Of a DNA stretch of 64,000 bases, positions 8,501-20,399 are shown in pieces. The notes below the pieces were generated by a model, which saw nothing but the letters and a program-made list of their open reading frames with translations, was not told the origin of the DNA and ran no database searches. Each line of letters opens with the position of its first letter. Position 1 is the first letter of the stretch. Origin of the DNA: a virus (taxonomy: Duplodnaviria; Caudoviricetes); IMG/VR virus record IMGVR_UViG_3300032319_000846, positions 1 through 64,000 of that record. One strand, written 5' to 3'. Both the position numbers and the translations under genes were made by a program.

Positions 8501-10899
8501 AAAGAAAATATGTAGGAGAAAGAGAAGCTTCTAAATTAGAAGAAAGTAAAAGTGAAAAAGAAAATTGGGTGTATGCATCTGAAATAGATGTAGAATACCA
8601 CGAAAAATCATAAGAAGATTGATTTTAAACAGTGCTATTATATGATGGCACTGTTTTTTCTTAATTTGAATTTTCACATTTAACATATAATAACATGAAA
8701 AAAACACAACTTAATAATGATGCTGAGTGGATTTTAAAATTCTACCACAATACACATTGCACACAAACAATGACTCTCAAAGGTGAAGCTGCAAAAAACC
8801 CACAAAAACTTGCATCAGAACTCGCAAATGATGCTGGAGTAAAACACTACACCCTAACTAAAATAGTTTAACAGAATGTAAATAAGAGAGATTTAACAGT
8901 CTCTCTTATTTAATATAGATGTAAAAAAAATGAAAAATTTTAACAACAAATTTCACAATTTTACAATGGAATGGGTACTTCCAATTCTAATTTGGATTGT
9001 CTTGCTCAAAATTGGGTGGGATGTGGTAAAATTTATACAAACATTAATTTAATCACAATAAAAGATAAAAATAAATAATATGGAAAAATTCACTGTAGAA
9101 GAATTTAAGAATTATGTGCTTTCTAAACAAAGCATAGGTGATGTATGTTATCATCTATCTGCTGAAAACATAAAAAAAGCTAATAATTTTCCTGAAATAA
9201 ACCAAGAAGCAAATGCTTGGTGGAGAGAGTTTACATTATCAGAAAAACTCAATATTATTAAAGAATGGAAAAGCAAAACTCATTCCAAAGCTCAACATTG
9301 GGATAAAAGTGACATCATAAAAGATGAACAAATAATTAGTTTGATTTACAATGAATATGAATTACAACTATAGTATGAAATCAAAAGAAAAAATTCAAAT
9401 ATTATTGTGGGAGATAATATTTAATTTTCCTGCTCATTTTTGTTATTTTATGGGATTAAAAATATTTTTTACAGAAAATCAAGCTTTAATTTTAGCACTA
9501 ACATTATTTTTCAACACATCATTAAAAGATGCTCAATTTGAAGAATTAAAACAAAGAATTAAAAAATTAGAAGAAAATCTTTAATACTATGAATCTAATC
9601 AATTGGTTTAAAGCTCTACCTTCAAGCATTTTATTCTCTTTACAGAAAAAGAAGAGATTTGTAGAAAATGCTATAGATAGTAAAAACGAAATATATTACA
9701 CAAAACTCCCTGTTATAGAAGAAATAGCAGGGTTCAGAGTAAATCAGGAATTAATCTCTAAAGTGTTGAGAATTAAATACGAACAAAAATATCTACAGAA
9801 ATGACACCATTAATACTTTCAGAGGAGCAGAAATTAAAATTGTTAAAAATGTGTAAAGTTTTGTTCTCTGAGTATGATAAAACATATAGTGAACAAGATT
9901 TTGAAAAGTTACCCAGAAATAGTTATTCTACATATAAACCACAAAAACCAGAATGGAGTGTTGGAGATGATGGGGTAGTCTATCTTCAATTATACTATAT
10001 ATTATATGAAGATATGACTTATGAATTAGTTGAAATTCATTGGTTTCAATTGTGTTGGGAAATTCTTGCTAAATTAATGAAAAGTAAAACTCCATTACAA
10101 GTGACAAGAGAAATTCAATTGTTTGGACTAATATATTTTAATAAGCAAAATCCTGTAGATTATTTGTATAACATTTTTAAAGAACAAAACAAATGATAAA
10201 ACTTAAACATACTCCATTAACACTTTCGGAAAATCAGAAAAAGAATTTATTAGAAATGTGTTCAATAATGTTTCCAGGATATGTCTTAATCATCTTTAAT
10301 GATGATTATAAAATGTTTGAGGGAAATGGAGAAGCAAACAATCCTAATTTATTATTATTTTTTAAACAAGGAAAAAATGCAATTGAAATTCATTGGTTTG
10401 AGTTTGTTCTTAATCAAATTGTAGATGAATTAGCTTGGAAATACACATCTGATATACGTGCTGATGTAGAGTTTGAGCAGTTTAGAATGAATCTCATCAC
10501 TGACATCTTTAAAGGTAAATCAGTTGGGGAAGAATTTCATGTAATAGATTATTTGTATTATAAACACTTTAAAAAACTTTATTAATGTTATACATTGTAA
10601 AAGCTTACTTTGGAGATTATTATGGGAATTGGAATAAGACAATATATTCGACATCTAATAAAGAAGATGCTGAATATATTGTCTCTATTCTAAATCCTAC
10701 ATATAAGAAATGCGCTCAATTACATCAGCAGATAACAGATGAGATTTCAGACCTTTGTTATTTAAAAAATTTGAAAGATAGAGATTATTATTGGGAAGCT
10801 CTGTATAGATTACAGGAAAAACTAAAAGAATTTGACCATTTTCAATCATTAGATATAAAAGAAATAAAAATTGGTAAATTTAATCCATTAGTGATGTAG
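5598..10899 (+). other. block of small early hypothetical genes (5598, 5978, 6704, 6920, 7306, 8074, 9080, 9351, 9589, 9801, 10193, 10585)
   Basis: Co-oriented ORFs with A-rich leaders, hairpin terminators (~8001-8028, ~8629-8660, ~8883-8909) and structured spacers. 7306-7983 could be a nucleic-acid-binding protein (weak). Confidence 0.7.
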
Positions 10900-11055
10900 A
10901 ACTAATTAGAATTCAATATTGTTAGGAATTTAAAACTCTTAACAATATGAATTTAAAACAAATCAAAGAGAATCTTCCTAAAATAGAATTAGTGAAGAAA
11001 CAAATTCGTGAACAGAATGCAGCATTATTGAAAAAATTATTTAAAAAAGTGTAGA

Positions 11056-13101
11056 GTGAATTATATAGTAACAAAAAATAAAGAATTTTTCTCTAAAATA
11101 GGGAACTATAATTATTGTGATTTAGAGGATATGTTACTTCCTGATACACTTGCTTATGATAGTGAAACTTTAGGACTTAATGCTCTTACAGATGTAGTGT
11201 TTTCTATTCAATTAGGAACAGGAAGTAACAATTATCTAATTGATTTACAAGCTTATGATACACCATTATCAAAAGGAAAACAGATTTATATTGAAGAAGT
11301 GATTCCTTATATTAAAACTAAAACATTAGTATTTCATAATGCTGCTTTTGATTTAGGATTTTTATATGTAAAAAGATTTTTTCCTGATAATATAAGAGAT
11401 ACAATGCTTGCATCTAAAATCCTTCATAATGGAGAGCCTCCTCACATTACACATGGATTTGGGGCAGTGATGGAAAGAGAGCTTGGATTGGAATATGACA
11501 AAAGTGAGCAAAAAAATATACATAAAACAAAACTGTCAAATGTTAAATCAATACAGTATTGTTTTAATGATGTAGATAGATTGTTAGAGCTGCATAATAA
11601 TTTATATAAAAAGCTTGAAGATTATAAGGCTGTAGATACCTATCTATTGAATTGTAATTTTATTAAAGCTATGGTGTATATGGAATTATGTGGACTTCCT
11701 ATTAGTGAATCAATGTGGAGAGAGAAAATGGAAGAAGACCAAAAGCTTTCTAAACTATATTCTAAAGAAATAACAGAATATATTTATAAACATCTTCCTA
11801 AGTACAGGAAAGCTCAATTATCTTTATTTGATAATCATGCTGATATAACACCATTATTAAGCTCTCCTTCTCAAATGCTTCCTGTGTTTAAAGATTTAAA
11901 AATCAACACAACAGATGATAAAGGAAAAGATAGTATTAATGAGAAAGTAATCAACAAAACCAAACATGAGTTTGTTGATTTATGGTTGAAATTTAAAGAA
12001 TCTGAACAAAGAATTTCCACATTTGGAGAGAATGTATTGAAACAGATTGTAAACGAAAGAATATATAGTAGATTTAATCCTATTGTAGATACTAATAGAA
12101 TATCAGCAAGAGGAGGAGTTATTAATTTCTTGAACTTTCCGAGAGATGAAGAAACAAGAAGTTGTTTTCAAGCAAGAGAAGGATTTGTAATAATTGGGTG
12201 TGATTATGACTCACAAGAGGGGGTTACAACTACGTTTCTTACTAAAGATAGAGAGATGTTAGATAATGTAGCAAATAAAAGAGATACTCACTCTAAGCTA
12301 TGTAGATACATCTATCCTGAACTAAAAGAGTTGAGTGATAAAGAAATTAAAAATAATCATGGAGAAAAAAGACAAATATCAAAGGTGGTGGGATTAGCTA
12401 TTAACTATGGTGGAAATGCTACAACAATAGCTAAGAACTTAAATATGGAAGAATCTGAAGCACAAAAAATATATGAAGTGTATATGAATTTATATGCTGA
12501 TGTATTTGTGTGGGGTAAAAAAAAATTAGAAGAATCTTTAAAACAAGGATGGATTGAATCTACTGATGGATTTAAACTAAAACTTCCTTTTTACAAAGAA
12601 TATCTTCAAAGTGAAAGAATGTTGAAAGAAATTGATTGGGAAATATATAGAGAAGGAAAACAAGAATACCAACTCTACAAAGATATAGAAAAGAAAAGAA
12701 AAGAAGATAAAACAATTTCTTCTTATATAATACAAAAAAGAGAAGCATATAGTTATTTCTTAAAAAACAAACCTATTGTATCTGAATATTTCCAAAGAAA
12801 ATCTTCTTATCAAAGATTGTGTCTTAATAATCCTTCTCAAGGATTAGCAGCGCATCAAAGTAAAAGAGCTATGTGGAAATTATTTGAATACATAAAACAA
12901 CATAATCATTTAGGAAAAGCAAGAATAGCTAATTTTATATATGATGAAATTGTAATGGAAGTAAAAGAAGAATTAGCTGATGAGTATAGAATTGTTCTTG
13001 AAACAACAATGAGGGATGCAGCAAATCATTATTTAAATGATGGATTTGTTCATCAAACTTGTACAGCAAACATAGCAAAAGATTGGTACAGTTCAAAATG
13101 A
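11056..13101 (+). CDS. polA: family A DNA polymerase with 3'-5' exonuclease, no 5'-3' exonuclease
   Basis: ExoI AYDSET, ExoII FHNAAFD, ExoIII YCFNDV; motif A GCDYDSQE, motif B RQISKVVGLAINYG, motif C FIYDEIV. Confidence 0.95.
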   Translation: MNYIVTKNKEFFSKIGNYNYCDLEDMLLPDTLAYDSETLGLNALTDVVFSIQLGTGSNNYLIDLQAYDTPLSKGKQIYIEEVIPYIKTKTLVFHNAAFDLGFLYVKRFFPDNIRDTMLASKILHNGEPPHITHGFGAVMERELGLEYDKSEQKNIHKTKLSNVKSIQYCFNDVDRLLELHNNLYKKLEDYKAVDTYLLNCNFIKAMVYMELCGLPISESMWREKMEEDQKLSKLYSKEITEYIYKHLPKYRKAQLSLFDNHADITPLLSSPSQMLPVFKDLKINTTDDKGKDSINEKVINKTKHEFVDLWLKFKESEQRISTFGENVLKQIVNERIYSRFNPIVDTNRISARGGVINFLNFPRDEETRSCFQAREGFVIIGCDYDSQEGVTTTFLTKDREMLDNVANKRDTHSKLCRYIYPELKELSDKEIKNNHGEKRQISKVVGLAINYGGNATTIAKNLNMEESEAQKIYEVYMNLYADVFVWGKKKLEESLKQGWIESTDGFKLKLPFYKEYLQSERMLKEIDWEIYREGKQEYQLYKDIEKKRKEDKTISSYIIQKREAYSYFLKNKPIVSEYFQRKSSYQRLCLNNPSQGLAAHQSKRAMWKLFEYIKQHNHLGKARIANFIYDEIVMEVKEELADEYRIVLETTMRDAANHYLNDGFVHQTCTANIAKDWYSSK

Positions 13102-13136
13102 TAAAACAACTTACTTTATTTTAAACATTTATTAAA

Positions 13137-15319
13137 ATGAATTTAGAACAATATAATGAATATAGAAACTTAAACGTAGAAGAATTTCCTATACATAGTT
13201 TTATGCCTATCGAACCTACTAATAAAAAACAACAAAAAGAATTAGAAATTAATAGGATTAGATTAGGTATTAAAAACAAAGAAGAAGATTTTGTTTTAAA
13301 ATGTCTACTTAGTTTTGATTGGAGAAGAGAAGTAATTCTTTATGAAGTTGAAAAAGTGTCTTTTACAGGCAATATGATAGACTTTAGAGTTAGAGTAAAA
13401 GCTCCTCATACAACAGTATATTATTGTTGTTCTAATCCTTTTAAAGAAACAGGTTGGCATTTAAATCCAAATACTTTTAATAATAGAGCTTGGGAGGTAT
13501 GGTCACAATTAAAGGGTTATATAAATAAATAAATAAATTTATGATACAACTAAATTTGTATTACGGATATATTAGTGAAAATAGCATTGATGCAAATAAG
13601 CATCCTGATGAACAAATTAATGAATTAATTACATTAATCAAAAATTGTAAAGAAAATGAATTAAATATTTATTCAAACTCTCCTTATGTAATGTTTAGAA
13701 TTACATTATTATTTGGATATAGTAAAAAAAATATCCCTGTTGATAAAAAATTACATGGTGATATTACAATTACAAATAAACATTTTGAAGTTTTAAAAGA
13801 TGGTTCTATTATCGAAGGTAAATATTATAAAGGAATGATGAGTGATGAATGTTTATTAAATGATAAATTAGCTGAAAGTAATGAGTTATATTCTAATTTA
13901 TTAAGTTTATAAGACAAAATCACAAACAAAAGAATTAATATAAAAACTGTAATAGTAAAAGAAGCTGTAGAAGCAAGAAATACTTATATTATTACTAATA
14001 AATTAAACCATAAAATTCAAATACTCAATGAATAAAGAAAAACTACTAAGCATTATCAACAAATATGTTGGGTATGCTGAACAAGAAATATATGATGCTG
14101 TTGCAGAATATGAAGAAGAAAAAATAAGTTTTGCAAAAAAACATTGTGAAGCTGCATTGAAAGCTGCAAGTGAAAAAGCTGAAATCAAAATCAAAGATAA
14201 CTATAGTGAATCATATTTCTTAGTAAAATCTGAAACAGTTAATTATAACTCATGTGGTGTTTATAATGTATATGCAGAAGAATGTACAAAACATAATATT
14301 GAGGTATTTGATGAATCAATCCTAAACGCTTATCCTTTAACTAATATAACATGAAAAACATTCACGTATTACCAACAGAAGTATCTACTTTATTATCTAA
14401 TATGGAAGATTGTTATGTATTAGTACAATGGCCTGAATCTCAAGATTTAATGGAAGAAGAATGGTTTGATGAAGAAGCTATTCTTGCTTTAGGTTCAGAA
14501 GATAAAACAGGAAGTAGTGCTTATTTCGTACCTATAAAAAGAATAATATGAAAACAGAATTAGAAGAAGCTGCTGAAAAATATCTACAAGAATGGAGACT
14601 AGTAAATAATATACATTTATCTAATGTAATTCATGCAGAAAGATGTAAAAATGATTTCATAGCAGGTGCTAAATGGCAAGCAAAAAAAATGTATAGTGAG
14701 GAAGATTTAAAAGAAGCATTTAAAGATGGTGGTAAAATGTCTTGGACAGATATTAATCAAGAAACACAAGAACCTTACTACTATGACTTTAATGAATGGT
14801 TTAAACAATTTAAAAAATGAAATTCTTAAACAAACTACTTATAACATTTGAGGAACATCTATATGATGTTCCTAAACAATTTATTGTTGCAAACAAAGAA
14901 GACTTATTAGACTTCTTAGAATCTAAGGGGTACGATTTGCTTCTTATTGAAGACGAATATTTTAAAATTCATAAAAATGGAATTGTAGAAAAAGGAAAAA
15001 TTGAAAAAATAAAACATTTAAGTTAATGGATGTAATTTGTATAAACGGACATTTCTCTTATGAAGTGCTGGTGTTTTATAAGCAGTATGGTGTTCAAGTG
15101 CCTATTCAAGATAAAATATATTATATAAGAGGTGTGGAACATGTAAGAGGAAAAGTAGGAATATTTTTAGAAGAAATAAAGAATCCTGATGTCCCTATTC
15201 AAAGTGTATTATCAGGGATAATTTATAAGGAGCCATCTTTTAATTCAAGTAGATTTACAACATTACTTGGAGGACCAATTAAATTAAAAGAATTAGAAAC
15301 AATATTAGAAAGTGATTAA
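13137..15319 (+). other. cluster of small hypothetical phage genes
   Basis: Seven co-oriented, mostly overlapping ORFs in the track; no recognisable catalytic motifs. Confidence 0.65.
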
Positions 15320-15437
15320 TAATTTAATCTGGAGAAAACAAGATGCTACAAGAAATTCTATATCATCTGTAGTTCAATCTTTATATTCTCTACATCTGAA
15401 AAAAAGTTATTAAGAAACATTATACTACCATTAAAAC

Positions 15438-16580
15438 ATGAATAACACTATAGTACAAAAAGTAACAATAAAAGCAAAACATCAACTTTATAAAGGAGAA
15501 GCACCTGCTAATTCTATTGAATTGTTAGAATTTCTTGAATTAGGATTTCCTATTGTTTCTGGAAAAGACTTATATCAAATTGGAGAAATTGTGTATTTAA
15601 TAGAACCTGATTATTGTCTTCCTGATAGCCCTTTATTTGAAAATTATATCAGACCTAATGGAGATGCTTCTAAATCTAAATTAGGAAAGAACAATAGAAT
15701 CAAAGCTATTAAATTTAATCTTCACAATGGAGATGGAAATCCTACATTTAGTTATGGTATTATTCTTCCAAGATTATTTGCTAATAAAAATGAAGATAAT
15801 TTAGCAGAAGAATTAGGTATCACTAAATATGAAGCTCCTGATGATAGTAAAGGAAATGTAATTGGAGGAGCTTCTAAACCCTTTCCAACAGGAATGTATA
15901 AAACAGATGAATTGAATTGGAATAAAGTGTGCAATTATATTGAATTCCCTATTAATTTAGTAGGAAATATCAAGCAAGATGGTTCTTCTGTGAGTATATT
16001 CTATAAAAACAGTAGGAATTATGGGATATGTTCTCGTAATTTACTTAAACCACTTACAATATCAAAAGTTGTAGGGAGAAAAACTCCTTCTTTTATAGAT
16101 GCAGTAAAAGGTTTTTTTGGAATTGATGTAGACTTACTAATTAGAGAAGAAGTAGAATCAGATAGTGATTTTGTTAAATATGGTTTACCAATTCTTGAAA
16201 AACTAAAAATTTATTGTGAGCAAAATTCTCTGAGCTTGGCTGTAAGGGCAGAACTCATCGGAACTTCATCTAGAGGAAGTGGAAACAAAAACAATCCTTC
16301 TGCAAAGCTTCCTAATCAACTTTTAGTGTTTGGAATAGATGATTATACTAATGATGCTCTAAAACTTCCTTACAATGAATATAAACAGCATTTAACAGCT
16401 ATGAAATTAAATAGTTGCAAAGAAGTATTTAATAAAGTGTTTAACAGTAAAGAAGAAGTGATAAAAGAGTGTGAAGATTATTTTAAAACAAATTTATGTG
16501 AAGGATTAATTTTACGTAGTTTGGATAGTAAATTTTCAGCAAAATATCTCTCACTTGCATACGATTCTAAAAAAGAATAA
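15438..16580 (+). CDS. ATP-dependent RNA ligase (DRB0094/Rnl5-like)
   Basis: Motif I KQDGSS, ICSRN, motif III RAELIG, motif IV EGLILR, motif V AKYLS; N-terminal OB-like region. Confidence 0.85.
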   Translation: MNNTIVQKVTIKAKHQLYKGEAPANSIELLEFLELGFPIVSGKDLYQIGEIVYLIEPDYCLPDSPLFENYIRPNGDASKSKLGKNNRIKAIKFNLHNGDGNPTFSYGIILPRLFANKNEDNLAEELGITKYEAPDDSKGNVIGGASKPFPTGMYKTDELNWNKVCNYIEFPINLVGNIKQDGSSVSIFYKNSRNYGICSRNLLKPLTISKVVGRKTPSFIDAVKGFFGIDVDLLIREEVESDSDFVKYGLPILEKLKIYCEQNSLSLAVRAELIGTSSRGSGNKNNPSAKLPNQLLVFGIDDYTNDALKLPYNEYKQHLTAMKLNSCKEVFNKVFNSKEEVIKECEDYFKTNLCEGLILRSLDSKFSAKYLSLAYDSKKE

Positions 16581-16673
16581 TTATGAAAAGGATTATACTA
16601 AATACATTTGTTAAATTTTTACAATTTACAATACGACAGGAGCAAAAATTAATAACTTTACTTACGATGTAAT

Positions 16674-17234
16674 ATGAACATACTATTCTTAATTTCACCA
16701 AGCGGAGGTGGAAAATCCACATTTACTTCATCTTATTGTAAAGAACATCCTAACACTATTGTAGTGAATAGAGATAGTATAAGAATTTCTTTGTTTTCTA
16801 CATTAGAAGGATATTATCAATCTGCTGATGTTAAAATAAGAGAAGAAATTGTGTCCCAAATATGTGAAACAATATTTCTTAAAGCTTTGTTTAATGGATA
16901 TGATGTTATTGTAGATAATACAAATCTCAATTATAAGTATGTAGAAAATTTCATTAAAAGCTACGAAAGAAATTTCTATTTCTATACAAAGAAAGTATAT
17001 CAAATTCAATTTAAATTGTTTGATATAGAATTAAATACAGCTAAACAAAGGGTGTTATGTAGAGATTATGGGTATTATGTCCCTTCTGATAATTCTAAAG
17101 AATACATTGCAAAAGGTGAATGGGAATACACTATTGCTGAATGTGAAGAGGTGAATTACATAGAAAAGCAATTCATCCAATATCAACAAATGAAAGATTA
17201 TTTATTAGAGCATCACAAACATCAAATTACATGA
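16674..17234 (+). CDS. polynucleotide kinase (P-loop, kinase domain only)
   Basis: SPSGGGKST Walker A, NRDSIR and VIVDNTNL as in the T4 Pnk kinase domain; adjacent to the RNA ligase. Confidence 0.85.
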   Translation: MNILFLISPSGGGKSTFTSSYCKEHPNTIVVNRDSIRISLFSTLEGYYQSADVKIREEIVSQICETIFLKALFNGYDVIVDNTNLNYKYVENFIKSYERNFYFYTKKVYQIQFKLFDIELNTAKQRVLCRDYGYYVPSDNSKEYIAKGEWEYTIAECEEVNYIEKQFIQYQQMKDYLLEHHKHQIT

Positions 17235-17745
17235 ATGAAGCTATAGAATTTTCTGTATATTTGTATTTAAATTGGTGGAAAATTATTAGCTTTGATACAG
17301 CAAGAAATCTTGATACACAGGAAATAAAAGCATTAACAGAAATTTATGAAGAATTCAATATACGTAACAAGTTGGAATGTACAACTTCTTCCTAATGGGA
17401 TATATGAGTTATTGTTCAATACCGCAGAAAGATGGATAATCTATCATAAAATGAATAATGGGTTGTATATTTTTGGAGATGATATTTATGACCAAAATCA
17501 AGAAGATTATAAAAATAGAATGCAGGAAATTCCTGAATTTCTTCCTAAAACAAAAGGGGTTGTGTGGATGAATAGTTGTACACAGGAAAAAGACCAGATT
17601 ATTTATTATTTCATTCCATTTAAAGTGAGTTGGTTAAAAGAAGGAAAAATTAAAACAATATTAGATTCAAAATCATGAGTGTTTTATTAACAAAACATCT
17701 TATTGATGTTAATTATCCTTTAGTAATTAATTCAGCTATAAAGGA

Positions 17746-19101
17746 TTGTCATTTGATGGTTGTGTAATGAAGGGAAAAAATTTTGAAATTTCTTTTAGAA
17801 GAAAAATATTAAAAGAAAAATTCTTTATGACAGAAAGAAGATTATCTGAAGAGGAAGAAATTTATATTAATAAATTTTCACAATTAAACGAAAAAAGAGA
17901 TTTTATACAAAATCTTGTTGTAACAGAATTTGCTAAACATAAAAAGTATATAGCAAATTTATTTACTTCATCAGGGAAAAGTAGAATTGTATATTATGCA
18001 ATTAAGCGTATGCAAAAAAAGTTTGGAAACTCTCTTCCTTATGTTGTTATAGTTCCAACCACTCTTTTAAAAGAAGATTTTGAGAAACTTTTGAAAGAGT
18101 TTGAAAATGTTCATGTATTTGTTGTAAATACATATATTAAAAACAAACCTTTTAATGAAATTAGAGCTTTGTTTGTAGATGAATCTCATGTAGTTTTAGG
18201 AGAAAATTCACAATTTTTTAATAAAACTATTGAGTTAATTCCTTGTGAATATATTTTACTTCTTTCAGCAACTCTTGATAAAAATCAAGAAGCTTTTGCT
18301 TCTAATTTAGGATTTAAAAACAAATTTGTAATTGATTCTGCTACAGGATTAAAGCTTAGATTAATACCTCCATATAAAACTTATAATTTATTAATTTCTT
18401 TATCTAAAAAAGAACAACTATCTTATGATAAGATTGAAAATGAATACAAGGATTATATGAAAATGTTTTCTCAAGTTAGAGAATATGGTACAGGATATTT
18501 TATAAGTAATTGTTTACAAGATAATCAATATTCAAGAGAGGCAGCCAGAGTATTAAATAAAGAAGTAGGTGTAATAATTTATTGTGCAAAGAGGTGGTGG
18601 AAACAAGTTAATGCTCGTAAAAATCTTTTATATAAAGCAGCTTCTAAAAAAGAAATACTTGAACAACTTCTTCAATTAACAAAAGATAAACAAAGTATTA
18701 CTTATGTTTATACAAAACAAGAAGCTTTAGATATTGCTGCAAAAGATAAGCAATGTAGAAAATCTTATGTAGGAACTACATCTTCATCTGTGATACAGGA
18801 ATTTGATAAAAAAGAAATCTCTCAATTAATTTCTTGTAACAAACTTGTAGTGGGACAAGTAACAGATAATGTAGAGTTTATCTTTAGATTGGTATTTAAT
18901 ACTAAAGAAAGAATTTATGAACAATCTAAAGGACGTAGCTTGAGATTTGATAAACAAAATCCAAATAAACAATCTGTTATTATAAATCTAATAGCTAAAG
19001 ATACACAAGATATAGAATGGGTGGTTAAACAAACTAAGAATGAACGCTTTTTACAGTATGTGGAATCAATTGAAGAAATAGAAGAACTTTATGAATATTG
19101 A
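17746..19101 (+). CDS. superfamily 2 (DExH) helicase
   Basis: TSSGKS (I), VIVPT (Ia), VDESH (II), LSAT (III), QSKGRSLR (VI); the true start may be a downstream ATG. Confidence 0.85.
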   Translation: MSFDGCVMKGKNFEISFRRKILKEKFFMTERRLSEEEEIYINKFSQLNEKRDFIQNLVVTEFAKHKKYIANLFTSSGKSRIVYYAIKRMQKKFGNSLPYVVIVPTTLLKEDFEKLLKEFENVHVFVVNTYIKNKPFNEIRALFVDESHVVLGENSQFFNKTIELIPCEYILLLSATLDKNQEAFASNLGFKNKFVIDSATGLKLRLIPPYKTYNLLISLSKKEQLSYDKIENEYKDYMKMFSQVREYGTGYFISNCLQDNQYSREAARVLNKEVGVIIYCAKRWWKQVNARKNLLYKAASKKEILEQLLQLTKDKQSITYVYTKQEALDIAAKDKQCRKSYVGTTSSSVIQEFDKKEISQLISCNKLVVGQVTDNVEFIFRLVFNTKERIYEQSKGRSLRFDKQNPNKQSVIINLIAKDTQDIEWVVKQTKNERFLQYVESIEEIEELYEY

Positions 19102-19727
19102 ACAAATTATACAAATTGTAAATTCTGATGCAAAAGAAGAAATTAAAGAACATTTAATTATTAGAACATTAGCATTAGATAAAAAAGTAATTCCTAATAT
19201 TTTAAAAATATTAGACGAAGAAAGAGATAATAAAACTAAACTCATTGCAGATTTAAATGTAGAAGTTAGTAGATATAATATTCATATAAATAATAATGTA
19301 CTACTAAAAGAAAACAGAGTGTTTCTAAATAAAAGAACAAAAGAATTATATGAAAAATGGAAAGGATTTATTTCTCCTTTATTTAATAACAAATTTTTAT
19401 GAAAAACTCTGAAAAATTCTGGTTAACTATAGGTGGAATTATCCTTATTATATTTTGTATAATGCTGTGGCAAGTGTTATTATTATTTATAGGAATTGCT
19501 GTATTAGGAGCTATTCTTGTAGTGTTTTTTGGAGGATTTTGGTTTGGATTATTTTATCCTTGGTATGAATTTGAAGAAGGAGAAGAAATATTTAAACTCT
19601 CTCCTTTATATTGGATTTGTGTAGGAATTATCAAATTCAATATGTGCTTAGACAATAAGAAATAGGTGTAATACTTAAAATGTAGAATAAAATATGAATA
19701 TAAAAGATTTAAAATATAAAGTAAATT

Positions 19728-20399
19728 ATGCATTTAGGAGATACATTAGTATTACTAAAAAGAGTTAGTGAAGCTTGTGAAGAACGAGTTTTGATGGTAG
19801 AAGATTTATTTCTTTTACTTGCGATAAATTCTCGCACAGAAAACCCTCATGATATAGAATTGAATAAGTCATTAGGATGGTATTTTAAATCTCTAATGTT
19901 TTATGATGTAAATGGAAAAAATGAAGTGTTAATTCCTTGGGCTACAAGAGTGGAGTATCTAATTGAGCTTGGACTTCTATCTGCTCCTTATGGAGAATAT
20001 GTAAAAATAAATAAACAAGGGAGAAAAGAAATTCAAATCTTGAAGCTGGAAGTAACAGAGAAGTTTCGTAAAGGAATTCTTACAGGAAAATCTTCTAAAG
20101 ATAAATTGTGGGAATATCTTCTTTCTGATGTGTGGGGAGAAGAATTATATGTAGAAGGAAAAGAGTTTAGTAACAGGCTTCCTGCTAAAGAATATCACAA
20201 ACTTGGATTTAGAACAGAAGAAGATGTTATGAATTTATTTTGGAAATTATGTGATAATGGAAATACATTAGCTGTTTCTCAATTTTTTAATAATACATTA
20301 CAATATAAAGAAGAATTTGGAACTGATAGAATATTAGTTCGTTATTTATTGGAATATAAAAGTTTACAGAAAAGATTGGAAGCTAAAAAGAAAAATTAA
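19728..20399 (+). CDS. hypothetical protein in the replication module
   Basis: 223-aa ORF between the SF2 and DnaB-like helicase genes; no clear motif. Confidence 0.6.
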   Translation: MHLGDTLVLLKRVSEACEERVLMVEDLFLLLAINSRTENPHDIELNKSLGWYFKSLMFYDVNGKNEVLIPWATRVEYLIELGLLSAPYGEYVKINKQGRKEIQILKLEVTEKFRKGILTGKSSKDKLWEYLLSDVWGEELYVEGKEFSNRLPAKEYHKLGFRTEEDVMNLFWKLCDNGNTLAVSQFFNNTLQYKEEFGTDRILVRYLLEYKSLQKRLEAKKKN

